This document shows, piece by piece, positions 30,290-41,381 of a DNA stretch of 64,000 nt (position 1 is its first letter; each line of letters begins with the position of its first letter). The notes under the pieces were generated by a model. That model was not told where the DNA came from. It did no database searches and was given only the letters and a program-made list of their open reading frames with translations. A program made the translations under genes and the position numbers. Source of the stretch: Candidatus Parcubacteria bacterium (GTDB taxonomy: Bacteria > Patescibacteriota > Patescibacteriia > PEXW01); contig QZJU01000006.1 in the NCBI GenBank assembly GCA_003597955.1, forward strand, positions 34,500 through 98,499, given 5' to 3'.

Positions 30290-32765
30290 AAAAATTACGC
30301 CCTCGCCTCTGCCAGCCAAACCCACCTTGCCCGCCTCGGTCCAACCGCGACCGATTGTTTCGGAAATGCAAGAGTCTTATTTGGATTACGCGATGTCCGT
30401 AATTGTGGCACGGGCCTTGCCAGATGTGCGCGACGGCATGAAACCGGTGCACCGCCGGATCCTGTACGCCATGCGCGAACTGGGCTTGACTCACCAAGCC
30501 AAATATCGGAAATCCGCCACTGTGGTCGGCGAAGTTTTGGGCAAATACCACCCGCACGGCGATGTCGCGGTTTATGATTCCATGGTCAGGCTGGCGCAAG
30601 ATTTTTCCATGCGCTACCCCCTGATCGACGGTCAGGGCAACTTTGGTTCCATGGACGGCGATTCGGCCGCGGCCATGCGTTACACTGAAGCGCGTTTGGC
30701 CAAAATCAGCGCGGAAATGCTAAAGGACATTGATAAAGATACGGTCAACTTTGTGCCAAACTATGACGGTTCCAAAAATGAACCTCAAGTTCTGCCGGCG
30801 CTTCTGCCGAACCTGCTGGTCAACGGCGCCGTGGGCATTGCCGTGGGTATGGCCACCTCCATCCCGCCTCATAATTTGAAAGAAGTCGCCGATGCCACCG
30901 TTCATTTAATTCAAGATCCCGAGGCAACCATTGGCGAATTGATGCATTACATCAAAGGCCCGGATTTTCCAACCGGCGGCACGATTTTTGATCAGAAAGA
31001 AATCGAAGCGGCATATTCCACGGGCAAGGGCGCCATTGTGATGCGCGCAAAGACCGAAATTACAGAAACCAAAACCGGAGCTTTCAGCATAATTGTCCAC
31101 GAAATACCCTACCAGGTTAATAAAGCAGCTTTGCTGGAACACATTGCCGAATTAGTGCGGGATAAAAAAATTGAAGGCATTAGAGATCTGCGCGACGAAT
31201 CGGATAAGGAAGGAGTCAGGGTAGTGATTGAGTTGAAGCGCGATGCTTACCCCAAAAAAGTTTTGAACCGGCTGTACGACACCACGGATTTGCAAACCAC
31301 TTTTCATGTTAATATGCTGGCCTTGGTTGAAGGCTTGCAGCCGCGAGTTTTGAATTTAAAAGGGGTTTTGGAGCAGTTTATCGCCCATCGTGAGGTCGTG
31401 GTTAAGCGCCGGACGGCCTTTGACTTGGCCAAAACCAAGGAGCGTGTGCACATTTTGAAAGGCTTGAAAATCGCCGTTGATCACATCGACGCCGTTATTC
31501 GAACTATCAAGCGTTCAAAAGACAAAGACGAGGCCAAGGTGAATTTAATGAAGCAGTTTAAATTAAGCGAAGCGCAAAGTATTGCCATTCTGGAAATGAA
31601 ATTGCAGCAGTTGGCGAATCTGGAAAGATTGAAAATCGAGCAAGAATTGAAAGAGAAACTGGCTTTAATGAAAGAACTGGAAGCGTTGCTGGCTAGTCCA
31701 AAAAAGATCCGGCAGGTCATTGTCAAAGAAGTGGAAGAAATGAAAAATCTGCACGGCGACGAACGCCGGACTGAAGTGAATCCCAATCCCGTGGGTGAAT
31801 TCAAGCAGGAAGATTTGATTCCCAACGAAGCCACGGTCGTGATGTTGACCCGCGACGGCTATATCAAACGCACGGCGCCGGAAACCTTTAAAACCCAAAG
31901 CCGTGGCGGCAAAGGCGTGATTGGTTTAACCACCAAAGAAGAAGACACGGTTGAACATTTGTTCGCCACCATGACCCATGCCGACCTTTTGTTCTTTACC
32001 ACGCGCGGGCGCGTGTTCCAGCTGAAAGCTTATGATGTGCCGACTGCTTCCCGCACGGCCAAAGGTCAGGCCATGGTGAATTTTCTGCAATTGGGACCGG
32101 AGGAAAAAGTTTCATCCGTGCTTTCCATGGCTGACATCCAGGAGGAGAAATACTTGGTTATGGTCACGCGCCAAGGCACGATTAAAAAAGTCGAGCTTAC
32201 AGCCTTTAAAGATGTCCGTCGTTCAGGCTTGATTGCGATTAAGCTCAAACCCGAAGACCGCCTGGAATGGGTGAAGCCTTCCAGCGGCAAAGACGACATA
32301 ATTTTGGTGTCAGCCAATGGCCAATCCATCCGCTTTGCCGAAAAGGCTGTTCGGCCCATGGGCCGGAGCGCGGGCGGGGTTCGCGGGATGCGCTTGAAGC
32401 GCGGGGATGTGATTGCGGGAATGGATGTGATTTTGGAAGGCACGGCCATGAAGAATGAGCAGCTGCTGGTGATTATGAGTAACGGCTACGGCAAAAGAAC
32501 TTTCTTAAAAGAATATCGCCCCCAGGGCCGGGGCGGGTCAGGCATTCGCTCGGCTCACATAACAGAAAAGACCGGCAAAATTTCCTCCGCCTTTATTGTA
32601 AATGCCAAGCGGGAGCAAGAAGATGTGGTTATAATTTCGGAAAAAGGTCAAGTCATCAGATTGCCCCTAAAGCAGGTTTCGGTCTTGGGCCGCGATACCC
32701 AAGGGGTTAGGTTAATGCGCTTTAAAGCCCCGGGCGACAGCGTGGCCAGTGTGACTTTTGTATAA
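30279..32765 (+). CDS. gyrA: DNA gyrase subunit A
   Basis: YHPHGD, AAMRYTE, GyrA-box QSRGGKG, C-terminal blades. Confidence 0.98.
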   Translation: MPPKKITPSPLPAKPTLPASVQPRPIVSEMQESYLDYAMSVIVARALPDVRDGMKPVHRRILYAMRELGLTHQAKYRKSATVVGEVLGKYHPHGDVAVYDSMVRLAQDFSMRYPLIDGQGNFGSMDGDSAAAMRYTEARLAKISAEMLKDIDKDTVNFVPNYDGSKNEPQVLPALLPNLLVNGAVGIAVGMATSIPPHNLKEVADATVHLIQDPEATIGELMHYIKGPDFPTGGTIFDQKEIEAAYSTGKGAIVMRAKTEITETKTGAFSIIVHEIPYQVNKAALLEHIAELVRDKKIEGIRDLRDESDKEGVRVVIELKRDAYPKKVLNRLYDTTDLQTTFHVNMLALVEGLQPRVLNLKGVLEQFIAHREVVVKRRTAFDLAKTKERVHILKGLKIAVDHIDAVIRTIKRSKDKDEAKVNLMKQFKLSEAQSIAILEMKLQQLANLERLKIEQELKEKLALMKELEALLASPKKIRQVIVKEVEEMKNLHGDERRTEVNPNPVGEFKQEDLIPNEATVVMLTRDGYIKRTAPETFKTQSRGGKGVIGLTTKEEDTVEHLFATMTHADLLFFTTRGRVFQLKAYDVPTASRTAKGQAMVNFLQLGPEEKVSSVLSMADIQEEKYLVMVTRQGTIKKVELTAFKDVRRSGLIAIKLKPEDRLEWVKPSSGKDDIILVSANGQSIRFAEKAVRPMGRSAGGVRGMRLKRGDVIAGMDVILEGTAMKNEQLLVIMSNGYGKRTFLKEYRPQGRGGSGIRSAHITEKTGKISSAFIVNAKREQEDVVIISEKGQVIRLPLKQVSVLGRDTQGVRLMRFKAPGDSVASVTFV

Positions 32766-32776
32766 CCCTTACTATT

Positions 32777-32913
32777 GTCATGCTGAACTTGGTTCAGCAT
32801 CTAAGCATTTAGAGATCCTGAAACGAGTTCAGGATGACAAATTCGAAAGATTGCCTGCCTCGGCGGCAAAGCGGGCTTCGTCGTCCCTCTGACACGGGAC
32901 TCTTCGCAATGAC
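32777..32913. repeat. REP-like palindrome cluster
   Basis: GTCATGCTGAAC..GTTCAGCATCT..AGATCCTGAAAC.AGTTCAGGATGAC, then AGATTGC..CGCAATGAC with nested hairpin. Confidence 0.75.
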
Positions 32914-33036
32914 GGAAAATAAAAACCCCGACATGGTCGTTGGGATTTAAGATTGACATTTATTAGCATCATCTGCTAGTTTTAGGTATTCACAAAATCA
33001 ATAGTTCTTTAAACATTTTAAAAGAGGAGGTCTTAA

Positions 33037-33705
33037 GTGTTTAAGCCCCAAACCCTAGAAAGGCTGATTATGGCCATTGTGCTTCTGGCTGTAATTGCGC
33101 TTTTTGTAGCCCTTTTTCTATTTTCTCTTGAAGGCGTAAGTTGGTCGCCTAGACTGGCACTGATAGGTGCTGCTTTATTGGTTATTGGTTGTTTTGCCGG
33201 CTGGGTTTTTACTCACAAGACCGTAAATGTTCGTCCGGATTCAATTTTGCTGGATTTACGGGGCAACATTGTTAAGATTTTTCTGCAGGATCAGACAGTA
33301 TGGAAGAAAGAGTATATTGACTATGCAATTGTGCCTTTCAAAAAAACCGGTTATGAATTGAAAATGGAAGTCACGCCAATTACGCCAAATCCCAAGGTCA
33401 GGAAAATCATCTATGAAGTTGCCCTTGAAATTCCGGCTGAGACGGTTGATGCCTTATACCGGGTGAGAGCTTGGGTGCGGGAAAAATTTAAAATCCCGCA
33501 TTTTCCCAGCGCAGAGGAATTGCGAAAGCGCTTTGAGTACGAACTGTACGAATTCAACGATAAGCGAAGTACTGATCTTGCCGTTTTTTCAAATCCTTTG
33601 GACCAAGGGCAACAGGTTGCCTTCAAGCAACTTCTGCTTAATTTCTTGAGCAACCGAGCGCCTCATGAGGTCGTCGTAACTAAAGCAAAATTCACGCTTG
33701 CCTAA
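33037..33705 (+). CDS. Hypothetical membrane-anchored protein
   Basis: Promoter, GAGGAGG SD, GTG start, terminator ~33724-33752. Confidence 0.75.
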   Translation: MFKPQTLERLIMAIVLLAVIALFVALFLFSLEGVSWSPRLALIGAALLVIGCFAGWVFTHKTVNVRPDSILLDLRGNIVKIFLQDQTVWKKEYIDYAIVPFKKTGYELKMEVTPITPNPKVRKIIYEVALEIPAETVDALYRVRAWVREKFKIPHFPSAEELRKRFEYELYEFNDKRSTDLAVFSNPLDQGQQVAFKQLLLNFLSNRAPHEVVVTKAKFTLA

Positions 33706-33804
33706 GCCGATTTGCTTTTTACTTAAGCCATGCATTATGCGTGGCTTTTTTTAATAAATAAAAACCCCAGAACTTAATTAGCAAGTTGGGGGTTTTTAAA
33801 AAAA

Positions 33805-34071
33805 CTAACGAGCAAGTTTTTCCCATTTCGGTTTGGAAACTTTCAGGGCGCGGGAAGTACCACAATGCACGCATTCAAAGATCTCTTTGCCCTGCAGGCG
33901 TTTTTGGGAAGGCGTGAGGCGTCTGCCGCTAAAGTGCCAGACCTTGCCGGTCGGCCGCCAAGCTGGATGGGTGCAGCCACCGGTTTTGGCAGCCAAGACA
34001 TTTTGGCCGGCTTGCAAGAGAAAGGCCCGTAATTCCGGCTGGTCGCCTATGGTTTTGGTTTCAGCTTTCAA
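33805..34071 (-). CDS. Small hypothetical Zn-ribbon-like protein
   Basis: AAGGAG SD, TTG start, CTH...CVHC. Confidence 0.6.
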   Translation of the reverse strand: MKAETKTIGDQPELRAFLLQAGQNVLAAKTGGCTHPAWRPTGKVWHFSGRRLTPSQKRLQGKEIFECVHCGTSRALKVSKPKWEKLAR

Positions 34072-34215
34072 AACAACTCCTTTTGTAATCTCGCTTTATT
34101 TTAAAGTATTCTTACGCCATCCATGCAAGCGTGTCAAATTTTTAAGAATTCTTGCCTAAAAGCCAAGTTTTGAGTAGGATAAAAAATAGCTCGCCAATTA
34201 AAAAAATTCTGAACT

Positions 34216-34446
34216 ATGGGCCTGCCTGCCAAACGCCGAACCAAGCAATCCAAGCGCGAACGCGCCGCGCACTTCGCTTTGAAAGCCATCACGCTTTCGG
34301 TTTGTCCAAAATGCAAACATGCAGTCAAACCGCACCGGATTTGTCAAAACTGCGGTTATTACCGCAGTCGCGATATTTTAAAACTCGCCAGCCGGGACGC
34401 GCGCAAAACGAAGCGCAAACAGAAAAAAGATAAGAAATCCGAATAA
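34216..34446 (+). CDS. rpmF: 50S ribosomal protein bL32
   Basis: CPKC...PHRICQNCGYY. Confidence 0.95.
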   Translation: MGLPAKRRTKQSKRERAAHFALKAITLSVCPKCKHAVKPHRICQNCGYYRSRDILKLASRDARKTKRKQKKDKKSE

Positions 34447-34449
34447 CCT

Positions 34450-34962
34450 ATGTCGAATCGACATTTAGCCAGAACCATCGCCATGCAGGCGTTGTTTGAA
34501 TGGGACTTTAACCAGCAAAAGGCGGATCTGGTGCAATTAGTAGAAAATAACAAGCACGAATTCGCGCCCGATTTTGATGATCATGATTTTGCCTTGCGGA
34601 TCGTCAAAGGCGTCCAAAAGCATCAGCGCGATATAGACAAATTGATCGTTAAATACGCGCCCGAATGGCCCCTTGACCAAATCACCAATGTTGACCGGAA
34701 TGTCTTAAGGATTGGAATTTTTGAACTGGAATTCAGCCAGTCGGATGTGCCACCTAAAGTGGCCATCAACGAGTCCATTGAGCTGGCCAAGAGCTTCGGG
34801 GGCGAATCTTCTGGCCGTTTCGTCAATGGAGTTTTAGGTTCGATTTACAAAGACATCGTGGAAACGCAATCCAAAGACCCGCAAGCCCAGGTCATTACCC
34901 CGGAGAATGTGAACCAAATTTTAAATAAGAAGCAAACGCCAGGAGCCAAGGCTTCTGAATAG
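34450..34962 (+). CDS. nusB: Transcription antitermination factor NusB
   Basis: PPKVAINESIELAK..GG..S.RFVNGVLG. Confidence 0.96.
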   Translation: MSNRHLARTIAMQALFEWDFNQQKADLVQLVENNKHEFAPDFDDHDFALRIVKGVQKHQRDIDKLIVKYAPEWPLDQITNVDRNVLRIGIFELEFSQSDVPPKVAINESIELAKSFGGESSGRFVNGVLGSIYKDIVETQSKDPQAQVITPENVNQILNKKQTPGAKASE

Positions 34963-34968
34963 TCAAAC

Positions 34969-35661
34969 ATGCGACACTTTCAAGAATTTGAAAAAACCAC
35001 GGGTTTTGCTTTTCAAAATCCCGAATTGCTCAAACAAGCTTTCGTGCACCGCTCGTATCTGAACGAGCACCCGGATTTTCCTTTGGCGCACAACGAGCGC
35101 TTGGAATTTTTGGGCGACGCGGTTCTGGAATTGGTGGTGACTGAATACCTGTACCAAACTTATCCAAACCCCGAAGGCGAGCTGACTAACTGGCGCGCTT
35201 CTTTGGTTAACGCTAAGACTTTGTCTGAGATTGCCATGAATTTGGAAATAGGCGAGTATTTGTTTTTGTCCAAAGGCGAAGCAAAAGACGCCAAATCCAA
35301 AGCCCGACAAATCATCTTGGCTAACGCTTTTGAAGCCGTGGTCGGCGCGATATATTTAGACCAAGGCTACGCCGCGGCTCAAAAATTTGTTTCCGAACAT
35401 GTGTTAATCCGGCTGAAATTCATAATGGACAACAATTTGGCTAAAGACGCCAAGAGCCGATTTCAGGAAACCGCGCAGGAGAAATTCGGTTTGACCCCAA
35501 CCTACAAAGTTTTAAGCGAGTCTGGCCCGGATCATAATCGAAAATTCGTCGTCGGCGTGTATATTGGCCAAGATAAGATTGCCGAAGGTGTCGGAACTTC
35601 CAAACAGGAAGCGCAAATGTCTGCGGCGTCCGCGGGCCTTCAAGCCAAGGGCTGGATATAA
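34969..35661 (+). CDS. rnc: Ribonuclease III
   Basis: NERLEFLGDAVL signature plus dsRBD. Confidence 0.98.
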   Translation: MRHFQEFEKTTGFAFQNPELLKQAFVHRSYLNEHPDFPLAHNERLEFLGDAVLELVVTEYLYQTYPNPEGELTNWRASLVNAKTLSEIAMNLEIGEYLFLSKGEAKDAKSKARQIILANAFEAVVGAIYLDQGYAAAQKFVSEHVLIRLKFIMDNNLAKDAKSRFQETAQEKFGLTPTYKVLSESGPDHNRKFVVGVYIGQDKIAEGVGTSKQEAQMSAASAGLQAKGWI

Positions 35662-35674
35662 TTCCTTCAAAAAA

Positions 35675-36652
35675 ATGAAATCCAAAACCCGATTAACAAA
35701 TGATGTCGTGGTGGTCGGGGCGATCTACCTGGATTTTAACCTCTTGGGCCAAATGCCTTTGGCTTTTAATGTTCATCGGGATCACGAAGTGATCGGTTCG
35801 GATTATAAGGTTGCGGCCGGCGGCTCGGCATATGTGTTTGCAAAAGCGTTAAAAAGTCTGGGCTTGAAAACCGCCCTGCTTGCCCAAGCCGGCGTTGATC
35901 CAGCGGGACGGATTTTGAGCCAGGAGATTTCTAAGGATAAAGTTAAAGTAAAGCTGTTGGTTAAGGGAAAGGTTCAGACCAACATCAGCGCCAATGTCAG
36001 CGGCGATCACAATGACAGCCTGACGATTACCGCAGGCAACGCAAATCAGCGCCTGGATGCTAAAAAGGTTTTATCACAAGCCAAGCGGCTTTTAGCCGGC
36101 GCCAGGGTTTTTTACATCGGTGGGTATTTCAAAATGTCGCAGCTGGCAAAAGCGTATTTAGCTTTAGCCAAATTCTGCCAAAAACGGAAAATTTTGGTGG
36201 TCTTGGATCATGGCACGGTTCACGCTAAAGTCAGCCGCGCGGATTTGCGGAATTTATATCGACTGCTTCAATATGTGAATTACTATTTGCCAAACCAGGA
36301 GGAATTTCTGCGCGCCATGCAGGCGAAAAATTTACGCCAAGCTTTTCAGCGCAGCCAAAAATTTTCCAAGCCAACCATTGTGGTTAAGCTTGGCCGCCAA
36401 GGCGCGGTTTTATTCGAAAAGCATAAAGTCGTTAACGTACAAGCTTTCCGCGTGCCCATAATGCATACCGTCGGCGCCGGCGACAGTTTTAATGCTGGCT
36501 TTATTTACGGAATATTGAATAAGTTGCCGATTCATAAGGCTTTGCGTGTGGGCAATGCCGTGGCGGCCTTAAGGATTTCCCAGCCGCGTTTGCCTACCGC
36601 CAGGGACATCAAGAAATTTTTAGCCAAAAAAATAAACACTTTTGACTATTGA
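35675..36652 (+). CDS. PfkB-family carbohydrate kinase
   Basis: AGGSA, PNQEE, VVKLG..GA, TVGAGDSF. Confidence 0.9.
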   Translation: MKSKTRLTNDVVVVGAIYLDFNLLGQMPLAFNVHRDHEVIGSDYKVAAGGSAYVFAKALKSLGLKTALLAQAGVDPAGRILSQEISKDKVKVKLLVKGKVQTNISANVSGDHNDSLTITAGNANQRLDAKKVLSQAKRLLAGARVFYIGGYFKMSQLAKAYLALAKFCQKRKILVVLDHGTVHAKVSRADLRNLYRLLQYVNYYLPNQEEFLRAMQAKNLRQAFQRSQKFSKPTIVVKLGRQGAVLFEKHKVVNVQAFRVPIMHTVGAGDSFNAGFIYGILNKLPIHKALRVGNAVAALRISQPRLPTARDIKKFLAKKINTFDY

Positions 36653-36718
36653 CAGGCTTTAGAATCTCTGTTAAGTTTTTATGAATTCATAAAAAAAGAA
36701 AAAAGGAGTTATTTAAAA

Positions 36719-37066
36719 ATGCAGTTTCAAATCAAGGAGCAAAACAGCGTGGTGGTTATTTCGCCACAGGGCGCTTTTGAAGGTGACCGGGACGACAAAG
36801 GATTTCAAGAAATCATCAACCAGAATATTGCCCAAGGCAAAACAATTTTTTTGGTGAATTTTTCCGGCGTTCCGAGAATGAATGAATTGGGCTTGGGCTT
36901 GCTCTTAGGCGCTTACCGCAAGACAACTGCCCGCTCTGTCTACATGGTTTTTTGTAATTTTAATAAAGCCATAACCCAGATGCTGGAGCGCACCAAGCTC
37001 AATACCTTTTTCAAATGCTTCGATAGTGAAGCCGAGGCTTTAGCCGAGCTGCAAAAATGCATCTGA
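36719..37066 (+). CDS. STAS domain / anti-sigma factor antagonist-like protein
   Basis: STAS pattern VNFSGV..M...GLGLL...T.L...F...SE.EAL. Confidence 0.8.
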   Translation: MQFQIKEQNSVVVISPQGAFEGDRDDKGFQEIINQNIAQGKTIFLVNFSGVPRMNELGLGLLLGAYRKTTARSVYMVFCNFNKAITQMLERTKLNTFFKCFDSEAEALAELQKCI

Positions 37067-37121
37067 TTTCTTTTTGAAAAACCGGGTTTGGGAATATTCG
37101 ACCCGGTTTTTTGAAAATTGA

Positions 37122-37226
37122 CCCCGCACCACTTTCCAGCAAAACGCCAACATTTAGTACTAATATATTTATTAGGCAAATAACCTCACACTAAATCTAA
37201 GGTTTAATTTGGAAAGTGGTGCGGGG
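37122..37226 (+). mobile_element. MITE-like element, copy 2
   Basis: TTGA-CCCCGCACCACTTT...AAAGTGGTGCGGGG-TTGA. Confidence 0.75.
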
Positions 37227-37317
37227 TTGACAAGATCGGGTTTGTTGATTAAACTTGCTCCAAAATACAAATCGAATTATTGAAATCAACAACCAAAAAT
37301 AGGTGGAGGTGTTTTTT

Positions 37318-38016
37318 ATGAGCAAAAAGCCGTTTGATTGGCAAATGCATTTCAGCCAAGCTGGTATTTTCCAAACTGGACACTATGTCCTAAGTAGTCA
37401 AAAACATTCCAAGGTTTATGCAAATTTCGTCAAGCCCATAAACCTAGACCACGGAGTTTTTCAAAGTATTGTTTATGGTTTGTTGGATTTGGTGGATTGC
37501 TCAATTTTTCAATATGTCAACCAGGTGGCTGTATTGGGTATTGGCACGGGCGCTTTTTACGCGCATCAATTCACCCAACAGTTATTCAAGAACTTGCTTC
37601 AAAATGGCCGTTATGGCCGCATTACCTGCGACTTTGTTTTTGCTGCCAGGAAACCCACGGGCGATTTATTTTTGGCCTATGATCAGGCCAAAATTTTGGA
37701 AGGGAAAAACGTGATCTTCGTGGATGATGTGTATTCTACAGGCAAAACCCTGGCTGAAGCTCAGCGACTCATCAAGTCCGCAAACGGTGTATTAGTGCAA
37801 GCAATTTTTATTTTAAATCGCGCCCCAGAACCGCTGGCCGAAGTAATTCTTCTTGAACATCCCATGAAAGAATCTGGCTGTTTATTGCACCACCCAATCG
37901 AGTTGTGGCCAAACCGAGCAGCCTGCCCGTTATGCCAACAGGGCGTACCCTTTAGTACGGAATATGGGAAAGGCGAGCAGGAGTTTACCCTGCATGGCCA
38001 GCCCAGTTCAGAATGA
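37318..38016 (+). CDS. Type I phosphoribosyltransferase, PyrE-like
   Basis: GHYVLSS..HS..Y, FVDDVYSTG PRPP motif, C-terminal CPLC. Confidence 0.8.
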   Translation: MSKKPFDWQMHFSQAGIFQTGHYVLSSQKHSKVYANFVKPINLDHGVFQSIVYGLLDLVDCSIFQYVNQVAVLGIGTGAFYAHQFTQQLFKNLLQNGRYGRITCDFVFAARKPTGDLFLAYDQAKILEGKNVIFVDDVYSTGKTLAEAQRLIKSANGVLVQAIFILNRAPEPLAEVILLEHPMKESGCLLHHPIELWPNRAACPLCQQGVPFSTEYGKGEQEFTLHGQPSSE

Positions 38017-38141
38017 ACCTCATTAAAACCGGTCAGAATTTGACCGGTTTTTTGTGTTTTAAAATGCCCAGATCAGCTTGTTTTTTAGGGATTAAATTGA
38101 TAAAATAGAGACATGAAATTCGCTTCGTTTTTGTCGTACCT

Positions 38142-40808
38142 ATGTATTTAGAAAAATTGGAAATTCAGGGTTTTAAATCCTTTGCCCATAAAACCACATT
38201 GGAATTCCAAAAAGGCATTGCTGTGATTGTCGGGCCGAACGGTTCTGGCAAATCCAATGTCGCTGATGCCATTCGTTGGGTTTTGGGCGAGCAGAGTTTA
38301 AAAATGCTGCGGGGCAAGAAAAGCGAAGATGTGATTTTTGCCGGTTCAGACAAAAAAACCAAGCTTGGCATGGCCGAAGTAGTGTTGAGCTTGGACAATA
38401 CCGACCATAAGGCGCCAATTGAGTATCAAAAAGTCGTGATCGCCCGCCGCATTTATAAAGACGGCACCTCGGAATATATTTTAAACGGCGCCGTGGCTCG
38501 CTTGGTGGATATTCAGATGTTGCTTGCCCGCTCCAATATTGGCCAGCGGACTTATTCGGTAATCGGTCAGGGCGCGGTGGACGCGGTGTTGTTGGCGTCG
38601 CCGCGGGAGCGCAAAGAATTTTTTGACGAAGCCGCGGGCGTTCGACCTTATCAAATCAAGCGCGAACAGGCTGAGCACAAATTGGCGGCCACACGTGAAA
38701 ATCTGGTCCAAGCCCAGTTGCTGATTGACGAGATCGCGCCGCGCTTGCGGTCTTTAACCCGCCAGGTTAAAAGGCTGAATGAGCGCGAGGAAATTCAGAA
38801 AAATTTAAGAACCGTCCAGGCGCAAGCTTACAGCCATAAATTACTAAATTTAAGGCAGGATTTAAGCCGAGTCGGCGAAAAGGTGGAAGCTGCAGAAGCC
38901 GAACAAACCGAAGCCTTGGCTGAAGTCCAGGCAATTCAGGCTAAATTAGATGTGGAAGAACGCGGCATCACGCGGCATGAAAATTTCAGCCAATTGCAGA
39001 ATGCCTATCAGCACCTAGTCGACAAGCGCAATCGCCTGCTGACCGAACGGGCGGCCTTGGCCGGCAAAGTCGCGGCCAGTTTGGCCAAAGCGGGCCAGGT
39101 CAATGTGGTCTGGCTGAATGCTCAAAAAGCCGAATTTGAATCGCGCCTGAAAGCCACGGAAGATTCGCACAAACACTTAAAAGAAAAATTTTTAAAATTG
39201 GAAATTCAGGCCAAGGCCGCCCTGACTGAAGTTCAGGCCTTTGATCAGGAAATTAAAAAAATCGAAAACGACCTTTTGAAAGCCGAAACCGCCTTAAAAA
39301 CCAAAACCAGCCTGACCTTGCCGGATTTGGCCAAAAGCGTAGTTGAGGTTATAACTCGGCACCATAAATTTTTGCAGGCAATCAAGGCCGCCACCAGCCT
39401 GGAAGAGTTTTCGGCCTTAAAAAAGGAAGCCAATCGCCTGGCCACGGATGCGGAAAAATTCATTCTTCAGGTAAATTTGCAGGCGCCCAACATTGATCCG
39501 GTTGAATTGATCGCTTTGCAGCGGCGTTTGCACGAGGTCATGAAGGCCAAAGAGCTAAAAGCCAAAACTGAGAATCAGCTGTCAGCTGAAGTCAAGGTAG
39601 CTAGCGAAAAGCTGTTTGATTTGGAAAAAGACATCCAGCGCTTGAAAGAAGAAATCCTGCGGGCGGACAAAGAATTAAAGCTCACGGAATTAAAACCCAA
39701 GAATCCGGCCGAAGCCGAGACGGCCGTGGAAAAGGCCCAAAGCGAAATGGACGCCATGCTAAGAGATTTGGAAGCGCAAATTGCAAAAGCGAAAGCCGAG
39801 GTTGAAAAATTCAATTTAACCGAGCAAGGCAAACGCGATAAATTGTTCGCATTGCAGAGGCAGGCCCGGGAAGCGCAGGAAACTGTTCGCCAATCCGAAA
39901 GCCGACTGGCGGATTTGCGCGTAGATTTGGCCCGTTTGGAAACCCGGGAAGAGGATATTTTGCGAGAATTGCATTCGGAGTTGCCGGCAGAATATATTAC
40001 GGAAGTGGAAAATGTCAAAAAATTACACACGGATGCAAATTTAGAAAAACTCGAAGCCGAGGTAGCGAAAGCGAAGCATGCCTTGGAGCTGATCGGCGGC
40101 ATTGACGAAAATGCCGTGAAAGAATATGAAGAGACCAAAACGCGGCATGATTTTTTAACCACCCAAGTCCATGATTTAACCAAGGCCTCGGAAGATTTGG
40201 AAGCCGGGATCCAAAAATTAGAAAAAATTATTAAGGAGAAGTTTGAAGCGTCTTTTAAAAAAGTCTCCGATGAATTTTCAAAATATTTCAAAATCCTCTT
40301 CAATGGAGGCCACGCCAGCCTAGAGCTAGTCAAGGAATATGTTTTGGCGCCTGAGCAGCAGAATGATGAAACCGAGGATGAGGCCGAAGCAGAAGCCGAG
40401 GCCGAACTTGAGTCAAAAAAACCTTTAGGCGAAAAAGTCGTTACGGGCGTGGAAATTTTCGCCACCCCGCCAGGCAAAAGACTAAAAGGCATTGGCATGC
40501 TTTCTGGCGGCGAAAGGGCCTTGACTTCCATTGCTTTGATCTGCGCGATTTTGGCTTCCAACCCCTCGCCTTTTGTAGTTTTGGATGAGGTGGACGCGGC
40601 TTTGGACGAATCGAATTCCATCCGTTTCGCCCAGATATTGGAAAAGCTTTCGCACCGGACGCAATTCATTACCATTTCCCACAACCGCGCCACAATGCAG
40701 CGCGCGACGCTTTTGTACGGCGTGACCATGAGCGATGATGGCGTCTCCAAATTACTTTCAGTCAAAATGGAGGATGTTGACAAGGTGGTTAACGGAAGCC
40801 GGGCTTAA
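38142..40808 (+). CDS. smc: Chromosome segregation protein SMC (short form)
   Basis: QGFKSF, GPNGSGKSN, LSGGE, LDEVDAALD; coiled coils. Confidence 0.93.
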   Translation: MYLEKLEIQGFKSFAHKTTLEFQKGIAVIVGPNGSGKSNVADAIRWVLGEQSLKMLRGKKSEDVIFAGSDKKTKLGMAEVVLSLDNTDHKAPIEYQKVVIARRIYKDGTSEYILNGAVARLVDIQMLLARSNIGQRTYSVIGQGAVDAVLLASPRERKEFFDEAAGVRPYQIKREQAEHKLAATRENLVQAQLLIDEIAPRLRSLTRQVKRLNEREEIQKNLRTVQAQAYSHKLLNLRQDLSRVGEKVEAAEAEQTEALAEVQAIQAKLDVEERGITRHENFSQLQNAYQHLVDKRNRLLTERAALAGKVAASLAKAGQVNVVWLNAQKAEFESRLKATEDSHKHLKEKFLKLEIQAKAALTEVQAFDQEIKKIENDLLKAETALKTKTSLTLPDLAKSVVEVITRHHKFLQAIKAATSLEEFSALKKEANRLATDAEKFILQVNLQAPNIDPVELIALQRRLHEVMKAKELKAKTENQLSAEVKVASEKLFDLEKDIQRLKEEILRADKELKLTELKPKNPAEAETAVEKAQSEMDAMLRDLEAQIAKAKAEVEKFNLTEQGKRDKLFALQRQAREAQETVRQSESRLADLRVDLARLETREEDILRELHSELPAEYITEVENVKKLHTDANLEKLEAEVAKAKHALELIGGIDENAVKEYEETKTRHDFLTTQVHDLTKASEDLEAGIQKLEKIIKEKFEASFKKVSDEFSKYFKILFNGGHASLELVKEYVLAPEQQNDETEDEAEAEAEAELESKKPLGEKVVTGVEIFATPPGKRLKGIGMLSGGERALTSIALICAILASNPSPFVVLDEVDAALDESNSIRFAQILEKLSHRTQFITISHNRATMQRATLLYGVTMSDDGVSKLLSVKMEDVDKVVNGSRA

Positions 40809-40858
40809 AGGCCAGAACGCTTGACTGGATTTTAATATTTATTTACACTACCCCCACT

Positions 40859-41239
40859 ATGGTTGCGATTAGACTAAAAAGAGTTGGCAAAAAAGGACAC
40901 GCAAGTTTCCGTTTTGTGGTGTCTGATAAAAGTAAGGACACTATCGGTCCGGCTTTGGAAATTTTGGGTTCTTACAATCCGCATATCAATCCCCCGGAAA
41001 TCAAAGTAAAAAAAGAACGGGTCCAGTATTGGTTGGGTAAAGGCGCCAAGCCCTCGGCCACAGTACATAATCTATTGGTAACCGCCGGCGTGATAAACGC
41101 GCCAAAAGTGGTTATTGTCAAAGCCAAGAAACCCGCCAAAGACGAAAAGGCAGAGCCAAAGACTAAACCAGCCAAACCTGAAGCCAAAGCCGAAATTAAA
41201 ACCGAAGCGAAAAAAACCGAAGAACCGGCGAAGAGTTAA
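40859..41239 (+). CDS. rpsP: 30S ribosomal protein bS16 with Lys/Pro/Glu-rich tail
   Basis: IRLKRVG, LGSYNP, YWL..GA.PS.TV. Confidence 0.96.
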   Translation: MVAIRLKRVGKKGHASFRFVVSDKSKDTIGPALEILGSYNPHINPPEIKVKKERVQYWLGKGAKPSATVHNLLVTAGVINAPKVVIVKAKKPAKDEKAEPKTKPAKPEAKAEIKTEAKKTEEPAKS

Positions 41240-41381
41240 AGACAGTCGATAACCTAAACAAAATATTTAAGGGGCTTTCTAGTCTGTTTGACAGTTTTTG
41301 GTTTTTTGTTAAACTAAGCAGCTATAAGTTTCTTTGAAAATTGAACACCTAATCACTCAAAATCCAAATTGGAGGCGTTGT

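Noticed and set aside
39575-40783. 402-aa antisense ORF inside smc
   Set aside because: Typical antisense frame of a coiled-coil gene, Ser/Phe-rich, no motifs
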